DNA from: Octopus sinensis
Lineage: Eukaryota
DNA length: 64,000 nucleotides
Direction: 5' to 3'
Assembly: GCF_006345805.1 (NCBI RefSeq)
Contig: NC_043012.1
Location: forward strand, 10,664,001 to 10,728,000
Each line of letters begins with the position of its first letter. Position 1 is the first letter of the stretch. Both the position numbers and the translations under genes were made by a program. Of the stretch, positions 39,303 to 52,069 are shown piece after piece. The notes under the pieces are model-generated. The model was not told the origin of the DNA. It saw only the letters and a program-made list of their open reading frames with translations, and did not search any database.

Positions 39303-40674
39303 TATGCCTTTTTTTTATATATATATATATAAGGCTTTCGTCATTATTGAGAAAAAGGGAGGAGAAAGATATTCTCCACCAGAATGGAATCAGCTAAAAA
39401 AGTCGAAGGACCCAAATATGCTGCTAAATTGGAAGATGGTATGTAGAAATAAATGAATGCTCTCTCAATCCGAAGGAGTTGTAAAGTCAATTGGAACGTT
39501 TACTCAGATCGTCTGTTTAGACACCCATCCTGGCGGAGTAGATTTAACGGACCTTTCCAGTTCGGCTGCCAAATTTCGAAAACTCAATGTTTATTGAAAA
39601 TTTTAAAATTTGGAACATCAATGTAGTTGTCCAAGCTGAATCTTAGGAGATATTTCCCTTTTTTCAGAAATTAAAAAAAAAAAAAAGTTATGGAAGTTTA
39701 AAATTTGATAATTTTCACCCAGGCAGAAAATAGGATTTGGAAGCTGTCATTTTGTGCGTGGCAACGCGTGTTGTCAACTGTAAATAAATCAAATTCTGCT
39801 TTACGTACGCTATATAATCTCTATTTTTGAGAACTTTCAGAAAATTTTAGCGTATATGTATTCTACACACGGGAATTCACGCAACTGTCCAAAAATAAAA
39901 CGAAATTTTTTTTGGTGTGTAATTTAAGGTCTATTTGGCTGTTATTTTTGGCACATCTAACGTCCACCTCAGTGAGTGAAATATATTTATCAACACATGC
40001 TTTCTCGCAGACAAAAGAGTTCTCAGGCTTGGCTTATTAGCATGGAAACAGGCATGAATGTCTCTATGGCTTACGACTGGTTAAAATTACCCAAAATTTG
40101 CAAACTTTAAAAGATAATAACTCTTTATTTATTGAATCGTTTTCTAGCAGGCCTAAAGGCCGCATAGAGGCACTGGTATGTACAGCGCACGTTGTACACA
40201 GTGGGATATGAAAGTAAGATAGAGAAAATTCAAAAGGGGAAATCACAGAATTGACTTAGGGACACACACATACTCACACGCACACACATGTATACACACC
40301 TGCACACATATTCACAGAGAAACGGACACCGCTTCCTCACCCCATCCCCACCTCACCTCCCAAATAAAATTAATAGAAAACAATTGCTTCAACTCGGTGT
40401 ACGGAATAAATATGAAAGACGGTTTCGTTCAGGTCAAAGATCATTCATTAAGTTGAAGTCAGTATTTATAAAGGTCAAAAGTACAAAAGGTCATGAAACT
40501 GAAACTTCCCAATACAGATACTAAAAATATTAAGAAGCAACAAATGTAAAAGCATATATCAGCCATGCGCAACCTGCGGCCCGCGGGAGTTTTTTAACGA
40601 AAAAAGTGTCCTTGGTTTTTTTTTTTTAATAGTACAGCCCTCTTCTCGAAAAGAATTGCTCATGCTGGGTATGT

Positions 40675-41000
40675 ATACATGTGGCTGTGTCGTAAGTAGC
40701 TTGTTTACCAACTACATGGTTCCGGGTTCAGTCCCACTGCGTGACACCTTGGACAAGTTTCTTCTACTATTGCCTCGGCTCAACGAAAGCCTTGTGAGTG
40801 GATTTGGTAGATGGAAACTAAAGGAAACCCGTCGTACATATATGTGTATACCTATGCGTGTGCTTTCGTCTTCTACCCACCGCTTGACAACCGGTGTTGG
40901 TTTATTTATGTCCCCGTAAGCTAGCAGTATGGCAAAACGAGGCCGATAAAATAAGTACCACTTTTACAAAAACATGTACTTCTGTTGATTTGTTCGAATA
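40675..41000 (+). mobile_element. SINE family A, diverged
   Basis: Head and part of the tail. Confidence 0.78.
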
Positions 41001-41679
41001 AAGTTTAGTGGTTTCCAAAGTGAAGAATTTTTGTCGAACGAATCAACCCAATACTAATTGTTTTTAGTACATAATCTACCAATTTACAATCATCGAAATG
41101 TCAAGTTGTCAAGCGGTGGTGGAGGACAAGTACATACACATAGACACACACACAAATACGTACATAGGACGGGCATTTTGTTTCCGCTACCAAATGCCCT
41201 CGCAAAGCTGAAAAGATGAAAATCAAAGTTGACTTCAGCCGGATTTGAAGTCAGAACATAAAGAACTAGAAGGAACACCGATGCTCTAACGATTCTGCCA
41301 TTCAGCGCCCAAAATAGAAATACTAAATTCTAAAAGGAGCGTACAGGTAAATTTTTGCAGACTGGTTAGTGGATCAAATCTAGCTTATTACCTGGCTGGT
41401 ACTTTATTTTATCGATAAAGGAATAATGAAAGAGTTGACCACTGTGTACTGCGAACGCAGAACGTACAGTGTTGTAATTGTATTTTGCAATCGATTTGAA
41501 TCGACGCACGATTTTTGGAAATTTAACATTTTGATATTATATCCAATAATACTTTGACTATCGTGGGTGTTACATTCCAAAAGCCCTTGCGATAGGTGAA
41601 AATCTGCGAAGTAGAAACAGTACTGTACTGTATATAATATCAAAATGTAAAAGATATATATATATATATATATATATAT

Positions 41680-42299
41680 ACTCTTTTACTTGTTTCAGTC
41701 ATTTGACTGTGGCCATGCTGGAGCACCACCTTTAGCCGAGCCTAGTACTTATTCTATCGGTCTCTGATGACGAACCGCTTACTTTCGGGGACGTAAACAC
41801 ACCACCACCGGTTGTCAAGCGATGTTGGAGGGGGGAAAAACACAGTCACAAACGTATACACACACACACACACACACACACATACATATATACGACGGGC
41901 TTCTTTCAGTTTCCGTCTACTAAATCTACTGACAAGGCTTTGGTCGGCCCGAGGCTATAGTAGAAGACACTTGCCCAAGGTGCCACGCAGTGGGACTGAA
42001 CCCGGAACCATGTGGTTGGTAAGCAAGCTACTTACCACACAGTCACTCCTACGCCTATATATATATATATATATATATATATACTCTTTACTCTCTTTTA
42101 CTTGTTTCAGTCATTTGACTGCGGCCATGCTGGAGCACCGCCTTTAGTCGAGCAAATCGGCCCCGGGACTTATTCTTTGTAAGCCCAGTACTTATTCTAT
42201 CGGTCTCTTTTGCCGATCCGCTAAGTAACGAGTACGTAAACACACCAGCATCGTTTGTCAAGCAATGCTAGGGGGACAAACACAGACACACAAACACAT

Positions 42300-42342
<43 letters not shown>

Positions 42343-42481
42343 CATATATACAACAGGCTTCTTTCACAAGGCATTGGTCGACCCGGGGCTATAGCAGAAG
42401 ACACTTGCCCAAGATGCCACGCAGTGGGACTGAACCCGGAACCATGTGGTTGGTTAGCATGCTACTTACCACACAGCCACT
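41680..42481 (-). mobile_element. Two tandem family A SINEs
   Basis: About 41680-42056 and 42083-42481. Confidence 0.88.
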
Positions 42482-42774
42482 TTTTTTAAACAATAGTTTT
42501 GCAAGCATTTTATTTTATCAACTGGTATTTGAGAAGCAGTAATATTTTGGAATCTATTCGTCTATTTGCAGAAGTTAACATTTTTTAGTGTGGAAGCTGG
42601 AGCTTCTGTTTTCCTCTTTAAAACTTTGTAAATTTACATTTTCAGCATCGAAAATAAAATTAAAAAATAAAAGTCCTTAATTCCATTTTGTATACTGGCT
42701 CTCTTGCCGGCAGACGAGGACCGGCGGTATTACATTGCAAACAAGATGTTTTGGATGAAAATGGAATTGTCTAT

Positions 42775-42920
42775 TCCGCCAAGGTCGACTTTGCCTTTCA
42801 TCCTTTCGGGGTCGATAAATTAAGTACTAGTTTATCACTGGGGTCGATGTAATCGACTTACTCCCTTTGTCTGTCCTTGTTTGTCCCCTCTATGTTTAGC
42901 CCCTTGTGGGCAATAAAGAA
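42775..42920 (+). mobile_element. SINE family B, 3' part
   Basis: GGTCGACTTTGCCTTTCATCCTTTCGGGGTCGATAAATTAAGTAC. Confidence 0.85.
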
Positions 42921-43446
42921 ATATATATTCAGTATTTATAAATACGTATTCGAACGTATTTATATAAATACGGGAAGTTGAGAGAGTCATTAGGGCGTTG
43001 AACAGATTGCTTTGCAATATTCGTTCTGATGTCAAATCCCATTCTAATGTCAAATGTGACCTTCACCTTTTCAGAGTACAATATAAGAATAGCTAACGCT
43101 TCTTTCCTTCCTTCTTTCTTTCTTTATTTATTTATTTCTCATCTGTTGGAGAAATTTGTTGTGGACAGACGGAGACAGGTGGTAGAGGGAGCAAGGAAAA
43201 CCCCCACCTGATTGGCAGATAATAGATGAAAGACAAAGACACGTCGCTTCGTCGTGCCTCTTTGACTCCATCAGGAGGCGAAGACTTGAAGCAGGAAGAA
43301 CAAAAGAAAGAAACACACACACACACACACACGTACACGCACAGAAATATACTGATATGACATGTGTGTCAGCTCTGAGTTTCCCCTTGGCTGGACTGCT
43401 GACAACTGTATTCAGCATATACATACATTCACTCCACCATACATAC

Positions 43447-43517
<71 letters not shown>

Positions 43518-43519
<2 letters not shown>

Positions 43520-44290
43520 TAGCAACATAGCCCGGCGTTGCCCGGGTATGTAAGAGTATGTAGGCAACGACTAATCCCAATCTAGTCCTTTCCCTCTAGG
43601 GAACGAAGGCGCATGTGTAGGTTGCAATGTCTTCTCTTCACTCCCAAATAACTATCAAACAGCTATCGATAATTCAACCCAACCAATTCCTACCAGGAAG
43701 AAATTACATTCGAGACTTTACCCCCAACACCGCCACTTCTGCTAATAGCTGCTGCAGCCGCAAGTTATTCGAATACTTTTTTTGTTTACACTTTCTTTAT
43801 AACTACCACCCCAAACGTTTTACCTTAAATTTTTGACGTACCCTAAGGGTCCTCGGACGCTACTTGCAAACTCTTGGTTTATTATAAACCGCTTTTGTTG
43901 TGTGCATCAAAAAACCTTTTCCATTTTAAGCAAGGGTCTTCTACTGTAACCATTGCTGCCCGCTTTTTTGCCGTTTTTGTACATTTTTATACATTTTGGG
44001 ATACTTACCTCACGTGTTCCGAGAGTTAAAAAGGTCGAGTTGCGTCCCCTAGACAGTCTGTAGAAAATGTGTTGCATATAAAAAGCTTCGATTCTCGACC
44101 CATGTCGAATTTATCGATTATTTTTCAGAACTGGGGGAACTTTTCAAAATTTTCGCTGCGTTAGTTTTGAATTATGACTTTGGGCTACGTGTGTGTCAAG
44201 TTTCATCAGAATCGGTTGAAAGCCGTGGTCAGGGTGAGGGTACAACCTGACAGACACACAGACACACAGACAGACAAACTGCCGTTTATA
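43518..44290 (+). mobile_element. Non-autonomous Helitron-like element, long form
   Basis: ACTAGCAACATAGCCCGGCGTTGCCCGGG start, the same 3' ~260 bp as the short copies, and a different internal segment. Confidence 0.7.
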
Positions 44291-44317
44291 CATATATATA
44301 ATATATATATATATATA

Positions 44318-44366
<49 letters not shown>

Positions 44367-44427
44367 CTGTGTGTGTGTATGTATATATATATATATATAT
44401 ATCTTTAAATACAGTCTTGGCCAAAAG

Positions 44428-44461
<34 letters not shown>

Positions 44462-44519
44462 ATTTGTTTGTGTGGTGTGTGTATTTATATATATATATAT
44501 ACTTTTGAGCAGGGCTGTA

Positions 44520-44581
<62 letters not shown>

Positions 44582-44624
44582 TACAGCCTTGCTCAAAAGT
44601 GTATGTATATATTTGTATGTGTGT

Positions 44625-45010
44625 GTTGTGGTAAGAAACTTACTTCCCATCCACATGGTTCCGGGTTCTGTCTCCCTGTGTGGTACTTTAAGCAAGGGTC
44701 TTCTACTGTAACCTCGGCCCGACCAAAGTTTCGTGAGTGAATTTGGTAGACGGTAACTGAAAGAAGCCCGTTGAACACATACACACATTCATATGTATGT
44801 ATGTGTGTCTGTGTTTGACCCCTACCGCTGCTTGACAACCGGTGTTGGTGTGTTTACCCCCCTGTGACATAGGGGTTCGGCAACACAAACCAATAAATTG
44901 AGTTCTAGGCTTAAAAGAAAATTCTGAGGTCGTGTCATTTGACTAAAAGTTCTTCAAGGCGGTGTGCCCCAGCATGACCGCATTCTAATGGCTGAAACAA
45001 GTAAAAAGAG
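44625..45010 (+). mobile_element. SINE family A, diverged
   Basis: Head to tail homology. Confidence 0.8.
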
Positions 45011-45023
45011 CGGGAAAAAGATA

Positions 45024-45906
45024 TACGTGGTCTGATCAATGAGTATCCGGACTGTTACCATAGTAACAAAGCTAAAGCATGCAGAGTAAAGCTGCTTGGC
45101 ACAGATTGACCTTAATCTCTGCTCTGCATGCGCACCAAGTTTCAACGTTCTAACCCACTTCTACTGCTGGCAGTAGCGCTTAGAAGGAAGGTGTGTAGCG
45201 TGTGATCGTCGCATTGACCATGACAGAGAAAGATGCGCAGAGAATCTGCATCAAATTTTGCCGAAAGCTTGGCGTTTCCTACTCAGAGACCTTCGCAAAG
45301 TTTTCAAATAGTTTTCATCGTTCTCGATCCAATCAAGCAGATCTTGTTCAGCTGAAACCCGAGTGTCTTTTTGGTCAGCTGAAAGCAGTTTGGGCACAAA
45401 CTTGGCAGACCCAAATCTTCAGAGATAATGGACTGAACTGAACCGTAACTAATTTGCACATCCTCTAATAACTCACGGGTGGTGATTCGTTGATTTCCCT
45501 TCACAGCTGCATGTACATCTGTGATGTTTTTCTCAGTTCTTCTGGTTGCGGGTCTCCCAGAACGTCCGTCAATATCGACATTTTTTCGGCCATCTTGGAA
45601 ACGTCTGAACCACTCGTACACATGTGTCCGGCTCATACACTTCTCTCCATACACTTTCTGCAACTTTGTGTAGGTGTCTGATTAAGTATCTCCATGATAA
45701 CTTTCTCTGCCATTGTCAATGCACCGATCACACGCTACACACCTTCCTTCCAAGCACTGCTATAAACAGCGGAAGTGAGCTAGAACGTTGAAACTTAGTG
45801 CACATGCGCAGTAGAGTTCAAGGTCAATCTCTGCCAAACGGTTTTTCTCTGCATACTTTAGCTTCCTTACTATGAAAACAGTTCGGACACTTATTGATCA
45901 GACCCC

Positions 45907-45909
<3 letters not shown>
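45024..45909. mobile_element. Fold-back mariner derivative made of two 5' ends
   Basis: The + arm encodes MTEKDAQRICIKFCRKLG and the - arm encodes VYGEKCMSRTHVYEWFRRFQDGR...SGRP. Both ends read TACG(T/G)GGTCTGATCAAT. Confidence 0.88.
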
Positions 45910-45952
<43 letters not shown>

Positions 45953-46025
45953 AAAAATATAAAAATACAAAATGGGACAAGAACGCAATATATCTTTATA
46001 TATATAGATAGATAGATATATATAC

Positions 46026-46121
<96 letters not shown>

Positions 46122-47160
46122 ATAAATGCGTTTGTGTGTGCGCGCGCATCGGCGTAGCTGTGTGGTAAGAAGCTTACTTCCCAGCCTCATGGTTCAGGGT
46201 TCAGTCCCACTAAGTGACACATTGGGTAAGTATCTTTTGCTATAGCTTCGAAGACATCAATAGGAGAAGTCCCATGCTAAGAAAAATAAATGCTGTGATC
46301 GATTCATTCGGCTAGAAATTCGAGGCGGTGTCACAGCATGGTCGCAGTCTAATGACTGAAACCAGTAAAAGATATAAAAGATATACACAAATTTCTATGT
46401 GAGTGTGTGTGTGTGTGTGTGTGTGTGAGATATGTATATATATATATATTGATGAATACACACAACATTATAATTATATAATTTACAGTTGGGGAACGTG
46501 TTCCTTTATGCATTTATGCAAACATACTTCTCACTATTCAAATATGCATGAGACACCACCGATGTCCTGCTGTGCCGTTTGTTTCTGCGATCGTGTGTAC
46601 CTGCGACGGTGTCTGAATATGTGTAAATGAATGATCTACGTTTCTAAAATCCATTTGTTTTCTAATCATAACACGATGCTTATATTTATTACCGTAACCT
46701 TGTTCGTTAACCTCACTCCACAAGTCCACGTCAACCCCGCAGTACATCACACCGTACTTCGCTTTACTTGTCCCACCACACACCCCTGCACCTCACTACG
46801 TCACGCTACACTGCGTCGCTTGCTTTTATGTTGACAAGTTGACCGATGGCTAAACAACAAAACAACAACTACAACAATAGCAATATGCTAACAAAAGGGC
46901 TTCTATTCCAAAACACGAGCTGCTAGTAATAGCAGCCAAATTGTTAGGAAGCATTTATCTTCTATCGTTTAGATTTTACTTGTTTCGGTCATTTGACTGC
47001 GACAAAGCTGGAGCAACGCCTTGAAGGGTTTTACTCGAGTAAATTGACTTATTCTATCTGTCTCTTTTGCCGAATCGCTAAGTTACGAGGACGTAAACAC
47101 AACAACACCGGTTGTCAAGCGGTAGTGGGGGAAAACGCACAGACAAAGACACACACACGC

Positions 47161-47199
<39 letters not shown>

Positions 47200-47219
47200 A
47201 ATATATATATATAAATATT

Positions 47220-47665
47220 CTGTCCTTACCTTCGAAACACGCATGGAGTCGAACCAGGGACAGCTGATGAAGGGGAATATTCCTTGTATTATTTGTCTTG
47301 TACCCTGTTTTTTCGTTGTTAAAAAAAGTCCGTTTCCATGTTTGTTTTTATGTTTTCGTTTCTCGTTGAGTTCTACGTCTATTTGTGGTGTCCTGTACTC
47401 ATATATATATATATGCATGTATATATACATGTAGTTGTAGGTACGTACATATATGTATGTATGCATATATTTTATTTATTAAATTATTGTATGACTGAGC
47501 GCCCTCACGTCGTTTCGTTTCGTTTCTTTTCTTTTCTCCAAGTAAGTTTTTATATATAATTATGACGCGAATCTCTGTAACCCTTTGCTTGACCTTCCTT
47601 CCTGTCTGTCTGTATTCCTCTTTGCGTGTCTCTCTCCTTCTTATTTTTCACCCTTTCTGGTTTCC

Positions 47666-47701
<36 letters not shown>

Positions 47702-48214
47702 TCCTCATCTCTCTCACTGCTGAGACGACCAACTTCCTTTCACTCGCTGCCTTCTACAAGTCAACACGACTTTTTTCTTGCGCTCTGAATTTTTCCATCG
47801 TCTAGGCTTAAAAAAAGGCCATCAATGTTGGTTTCCTTGTCCTGTTTTTATTCTTTATGTGTACTGTATTTTTTTGTATTTGTATTTTTATTTTTATTTT
47901 GTATTTGTATTTTTATTTGTATTGCTTTTACGTCCTGTTCTTGTCACATTTTTTCTTTCCTTGTTTTTACCCCTCTGCAAAGGAATTTTATTTAATTCTT
48001 TTGCAGGAAGGATTGATTCGACGGGTCGTGTTCTGTCCTTACCTTCGAAACACGCATGGAGTCGAACCAGGGACAGCTGATGAAGGGGAATATTCCTTGT
48101 ATTATTTGTCTTGTACCCTGTTTTTTTCGTTGTTAAAAAAAGTCCGTTTCCATGTTTGTTTTTATGTTTTTGTTTCTCGTTGAATTCTACATCTATTTGT
48201 GGTGTCCTGTACTC

Positions 48215-48251
<37 letters not shown>

Positions 48252-48402
48252 CTATATATATATATATGCATGTATATATACATGTAGATGTAGGTACGTA
48301 CATATATGTATGTATGCATATATTTTATTTATTAAATTATTGTATGACTGAGCGCCCTCACGTCGTTTCGTTTCGTTTCTTTTCTTTTCTCCAAGTAAGT
48401 TT
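47220..48402 (+). mobile_element. Retrozyme/pLTR-like non-coding element with ~330-370 bp direct repeats (period 813 bp)
   Basis: 47220-47549 repeats near-identically at 48033-48402, and each repeat carries GAAA and CTGATGA core strands. Confidence 0.8.
48015..48088 (+). ncRNA. Rearranged (non-circularly permuted) hammerhead ribozyme motif, intact core
   Basis: CGUGU-U-CUGUCCUU / CCUUC-GAAA-CACG / AGGGACAG-CUGAUGA-A-GGGG. All three stems can pair. Confidence 0.8.
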
Positions 48403-49004
48403 ATATATATATATATATTATATATATATACGACAGGCTTCTTCCAGTTTCGATCTACCAAATCCACTCACATGGGTTTGGTCGGCCCGAGGCTATAGCA
48501 GAAGACACTTGCCCAAGGTACCATGCAGTGGGACTGAACCCAGAACCATGCGGTTGGTAAGCAAGCTTCTTTTCACACAGCCACGTTTATTTGATATTTC
48601 AGAAATATGCTTGAAAAGAAAAAAAATTACAGGATTGCCAAGGATGGAACGCCTTTAATAATAGATCTCCTTTAACAGGAATGATCTTGGGTTAAACATC
48701 ATTGGCAATGCACTAGCGACGAAGACCTGTTAGAAATAGCAGCCAAATCTCTGTCAATTGAAAGCCTAATTTTCTAAAGTTTGGAAAGGCATGTTGGACA
48801 ACGTAATCGTTGATACACAAGAGGTATGTGATGGTCATGGATGCAAAGCATATGATCAAAGGTTCCGCTTTATCAAAACCGACTTGGATCTAAGCGAGAA
48901 TCTCTGCAACAGGCAGTATTAACAATAATATTATCATATTTACCATAAATCTATATCTGCAACCCTGTCACATGGAGGACGCACTCACCACCGACACCAC
49001 CGTC

Positions 49005-49036
49005 TACAACAACAACTACTACTACTACTACTAATG

Positions 49037-49068
<32 letters not shown>

Positions 49069-49245
49069 ACTACTACTACTACTACTACTACTACTAATAC
49101 TACTAATACTGCTGCTGCTGCTACGACTACTACTACTAATACTGCTGCTGCTACTACTACTAATACTAATACTGATGCTACTACTACAAATACTGCTGCT
49201 GCTGCTGCTGCTACTACTACTACTACTACTACTACTAACACTAAC
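49005..49245. repeat. (CTA)n/(CTG)n array
   Basis: Read directly. Confidence 0.95.
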
Positions 49246-49650
49246 ACCATTGTCGTCGGTGGTACAACCCGTCGATACATCCATCTATTTAAATTTACAT
49301 AGGACGTGTGAGCAGTTCCGATTGATTGAGCACACCTAGTTGTATAAATCTAACCAAGCGGAACATAGATCAAGATATGGGGAGAAATATCCAAACAAAC
49401 TACTTACTTCTGCTAAACATCACCTCCATTTTACTCACCGACCTTCCTTATCTGTCTATCTAACTGATGCACTTATCAACTTCCTTAGTTGCCCGAGACC
49501 GTAGTTTACCTATGAATTTCAACGGGTCTTATTGTCTTTTTTGTTTTTACCTACCAATGTCTTACCTGCCACATTATAGCTAATTGTCTACATAAAATAC
49601 TTTCGGATCTTTGTGGTTTGGATCGCTATCTCCAATTTTGTTCCAATTTA

Positions 49651-49836
49651 TAGGCGCAGGAGTGGCTGTGTTGTAAGTAGCTTGCTTACCAATCACATGG
49701 TTCCGGGCTCAGTCCCACTGCGTGTCATCTTGGGCAAGTGTCTTCTACTATAGCCTCGGGCCGACCAACAGCCTTGTGAGTGAATTTGGTAGACGGAAAC
49801 TGAAAGAAGCTCGTCGTATATATGAATATGTATATA

Positions 49837-49872
<36 letters not shown>

Positions 49873-50130
49873 TGTATGTATGTATGTATGTATGTATGTT
49901 TGTATGTGTGTGTATATATTTGTGTGTCTGTGTTTTTCCCCCCAACATCGCTTGACAACCGATATTGGTGTGTTTACGTCCCCGTAACTTAGCGGTTCGG
50001 CAAAAGAGACCGATAGAATAAGTACTAGGCTTACAAAGAATAAGTCCTGGTGTCGATTTGCTCGACTAAAGGTGGTGCTCTAGCATGGCTGCAGTCAAAT
50101 GACTGAAGCAAGTAAAAGAGTAAAAGAGTA
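49651..50130 (+). mobile_element. SINE family A, full length
   Basis: Complete copy with an (ATGT)n centre. Confidence 0.9.
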
Positions 50131-50589
50131 TTGTTTTCAAATTTGGTATATGGATTAAGTTTTGTATACTAATTATGGAATTGAAAATCATTTTCCCTAT
50201 AAGTTTATAATTAAAAAGTTATTAGCCTTTAAAATTTGCAAAATTCGGGTATTTTAGCCAATTAGAAGCGAGTATTTTAAACATCACTTTGAAGTTAGCA
50301 TAGTAAGCAAAGAAGTGTAACCGCCACGTATTTGCAAAGAACTCTGTTTCCATAGTAACAATTTTTCCGAAAATGTTACAGGCGTTCGAAGTTTGATAAT
50401 TTTAAAGATTTTCAGCCAATCAGAAAACAGCGTGTTCGCTGCCTCTTACTATCAACTGTCACAGTAGCGAGAAAGGGATGGGGGGGGGGGGAACAAACAG
50501 TTATGGAACATGTAGTAGTTACACTCCTTGTGCGCATGCACAGCATCTTTAGTTACTATGGAAACAGAGTTGTTTGCAAATTCCTGGCA

Positions 50590-50820
50590 ACGTGTTATGT
50601 CCTTGAGCAAGACCCATTATTTCACGTTGCTCCAGTCCACTCAGCTGGCAAAAATGAGTTGTACCTGTATTTCAAAGGGCCAGCCTTGTCACACTCTGTG
50701 TTAGGCTGAATTTCCCTGAGAACTACATTAAGGGTACATGTGTTCAAGGAGTGCTCACGAGCAAGCTGTTCCGTTGATCGTATCAGTTGTGACCCTCCAC
50801 ATCGTAACCGACGGAGTGCT
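50590..50820 (+). mobile_element. Family C-related SINE lacking its head
   Basis: GTCCTTGAGCAAGACCCATTATTTCACGTTGCTCCAGTCCACTCAGCTG. Confidence 0.65.
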
Positions 50821-50831
50821 TCTCCTTCATA

Positions 50832-51372
50832 TACTCTTTACTCTTTACTCTTTACTCTTTTACTCTTTTACTTGTTTCAGTCATTTGACTGCGGCCATGC
50901 TGGAGCACCGCCTTTAGTCGAGCAAATCGACCTCGGGACTTATTCTTTGTAAGCCCAGTACTTATTCTATCGGTCTCTTTTGCCGAACCGCTAAGTGACG
51001 GGGACGTAAACACACACACCCATACATATATATACATATATACGACAGGCTTCTTTCAGTTTTCGTCTACCAAATCCACTCACAATGCATTGGTCGGCCC
51101 GGGGCTATAGCAGAAGACACTTGCCCAAGATGCCACGCAGTGGGACTGAACCCGTAACCATGTGGTTGGTAAGCAAGCTACTTACCACACAGCCACTCCT
51201 GCGCCTATATATTAAAATTTTTTTTTTTTTTATTACTACCCACAAGGGGCTAAGCACAGAGGGGACAAACAAGGACAGACAAACGGATTAAGTCGATTGC
51301 ATCGACCCCAGTGTGTAACTGGTACTTAATTTATCGACCCCGAAAGGATGACAGGCAAAGTCGACCTCGGCG
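50832..51372 (-). mobile_element. Family A SINE (50832-51206) plus family B tail (51230-51372)
   Basis: Homology to the other copies. Confidence 0.85.
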
Positions 51373-51576
51373 GAGTATATATTATATATGTGTGTGTGTA
51401 TCTTTGTGTCTGTGTTTGATAACCGATGTTGGTGTATTTAGAATAAGTGCAAGGTCTAAAAAGAATAAGTCCTGGGGTCACTTTCTTCGACTAAAAGAAC
51501 AGTGGTGATCCAGCGGTGATCCAGCATGGCCGCAGTCAAATGACTGAAAAATGTAATGGAATAAAAGAATACACAT

Positions 51577-51607
<31 letters not shown>

Positions 51608-52069
51608 CAATGTGTGCGTATATGTATGTGCACATATGTATATATATATATGCATGTATATATATGTATGTATAAGTGTGTGTGTGTGTGTGTGCATGTA
51701 TAGAATATATAAATATATGACTCATTATAGGCACACGGTCTTTTACACGCCGAAAGAATAGTCAAAACCACAGAAAGAGGAAGAGATATAGAGGAGTGAG
51801 GGAGAGAGAGAGAGAGAGATGTGAGGCACGTCTCCTAGACATAAGGGTGGTAAAGGGGTAGAAAGGCGGTTGGTAAATGCAATCACGACACCGTGAACAT
51901 TCGTGACGGGTGATAATTACTGCACTGATTGAACCGTTCCCTATTAACAAAGTGAGACGCACAGACAGACAATATATTCACGGTCAGGTTAATGACGTAG
52001 CCTCCACGTGTTCTCTCGAAAAAGTAGTAAAACCTCCCAGAAAGCTTCTAGGTAAAAGAAAGGGTACGT

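Larger units (their letters stand above)
46975..48585 (-). mobile_element. SINE family A split by the 47220-48402 insertion
   Basis: Tail half at 46975-47165 and head half at 48430-48585. Confidence 0.82.
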
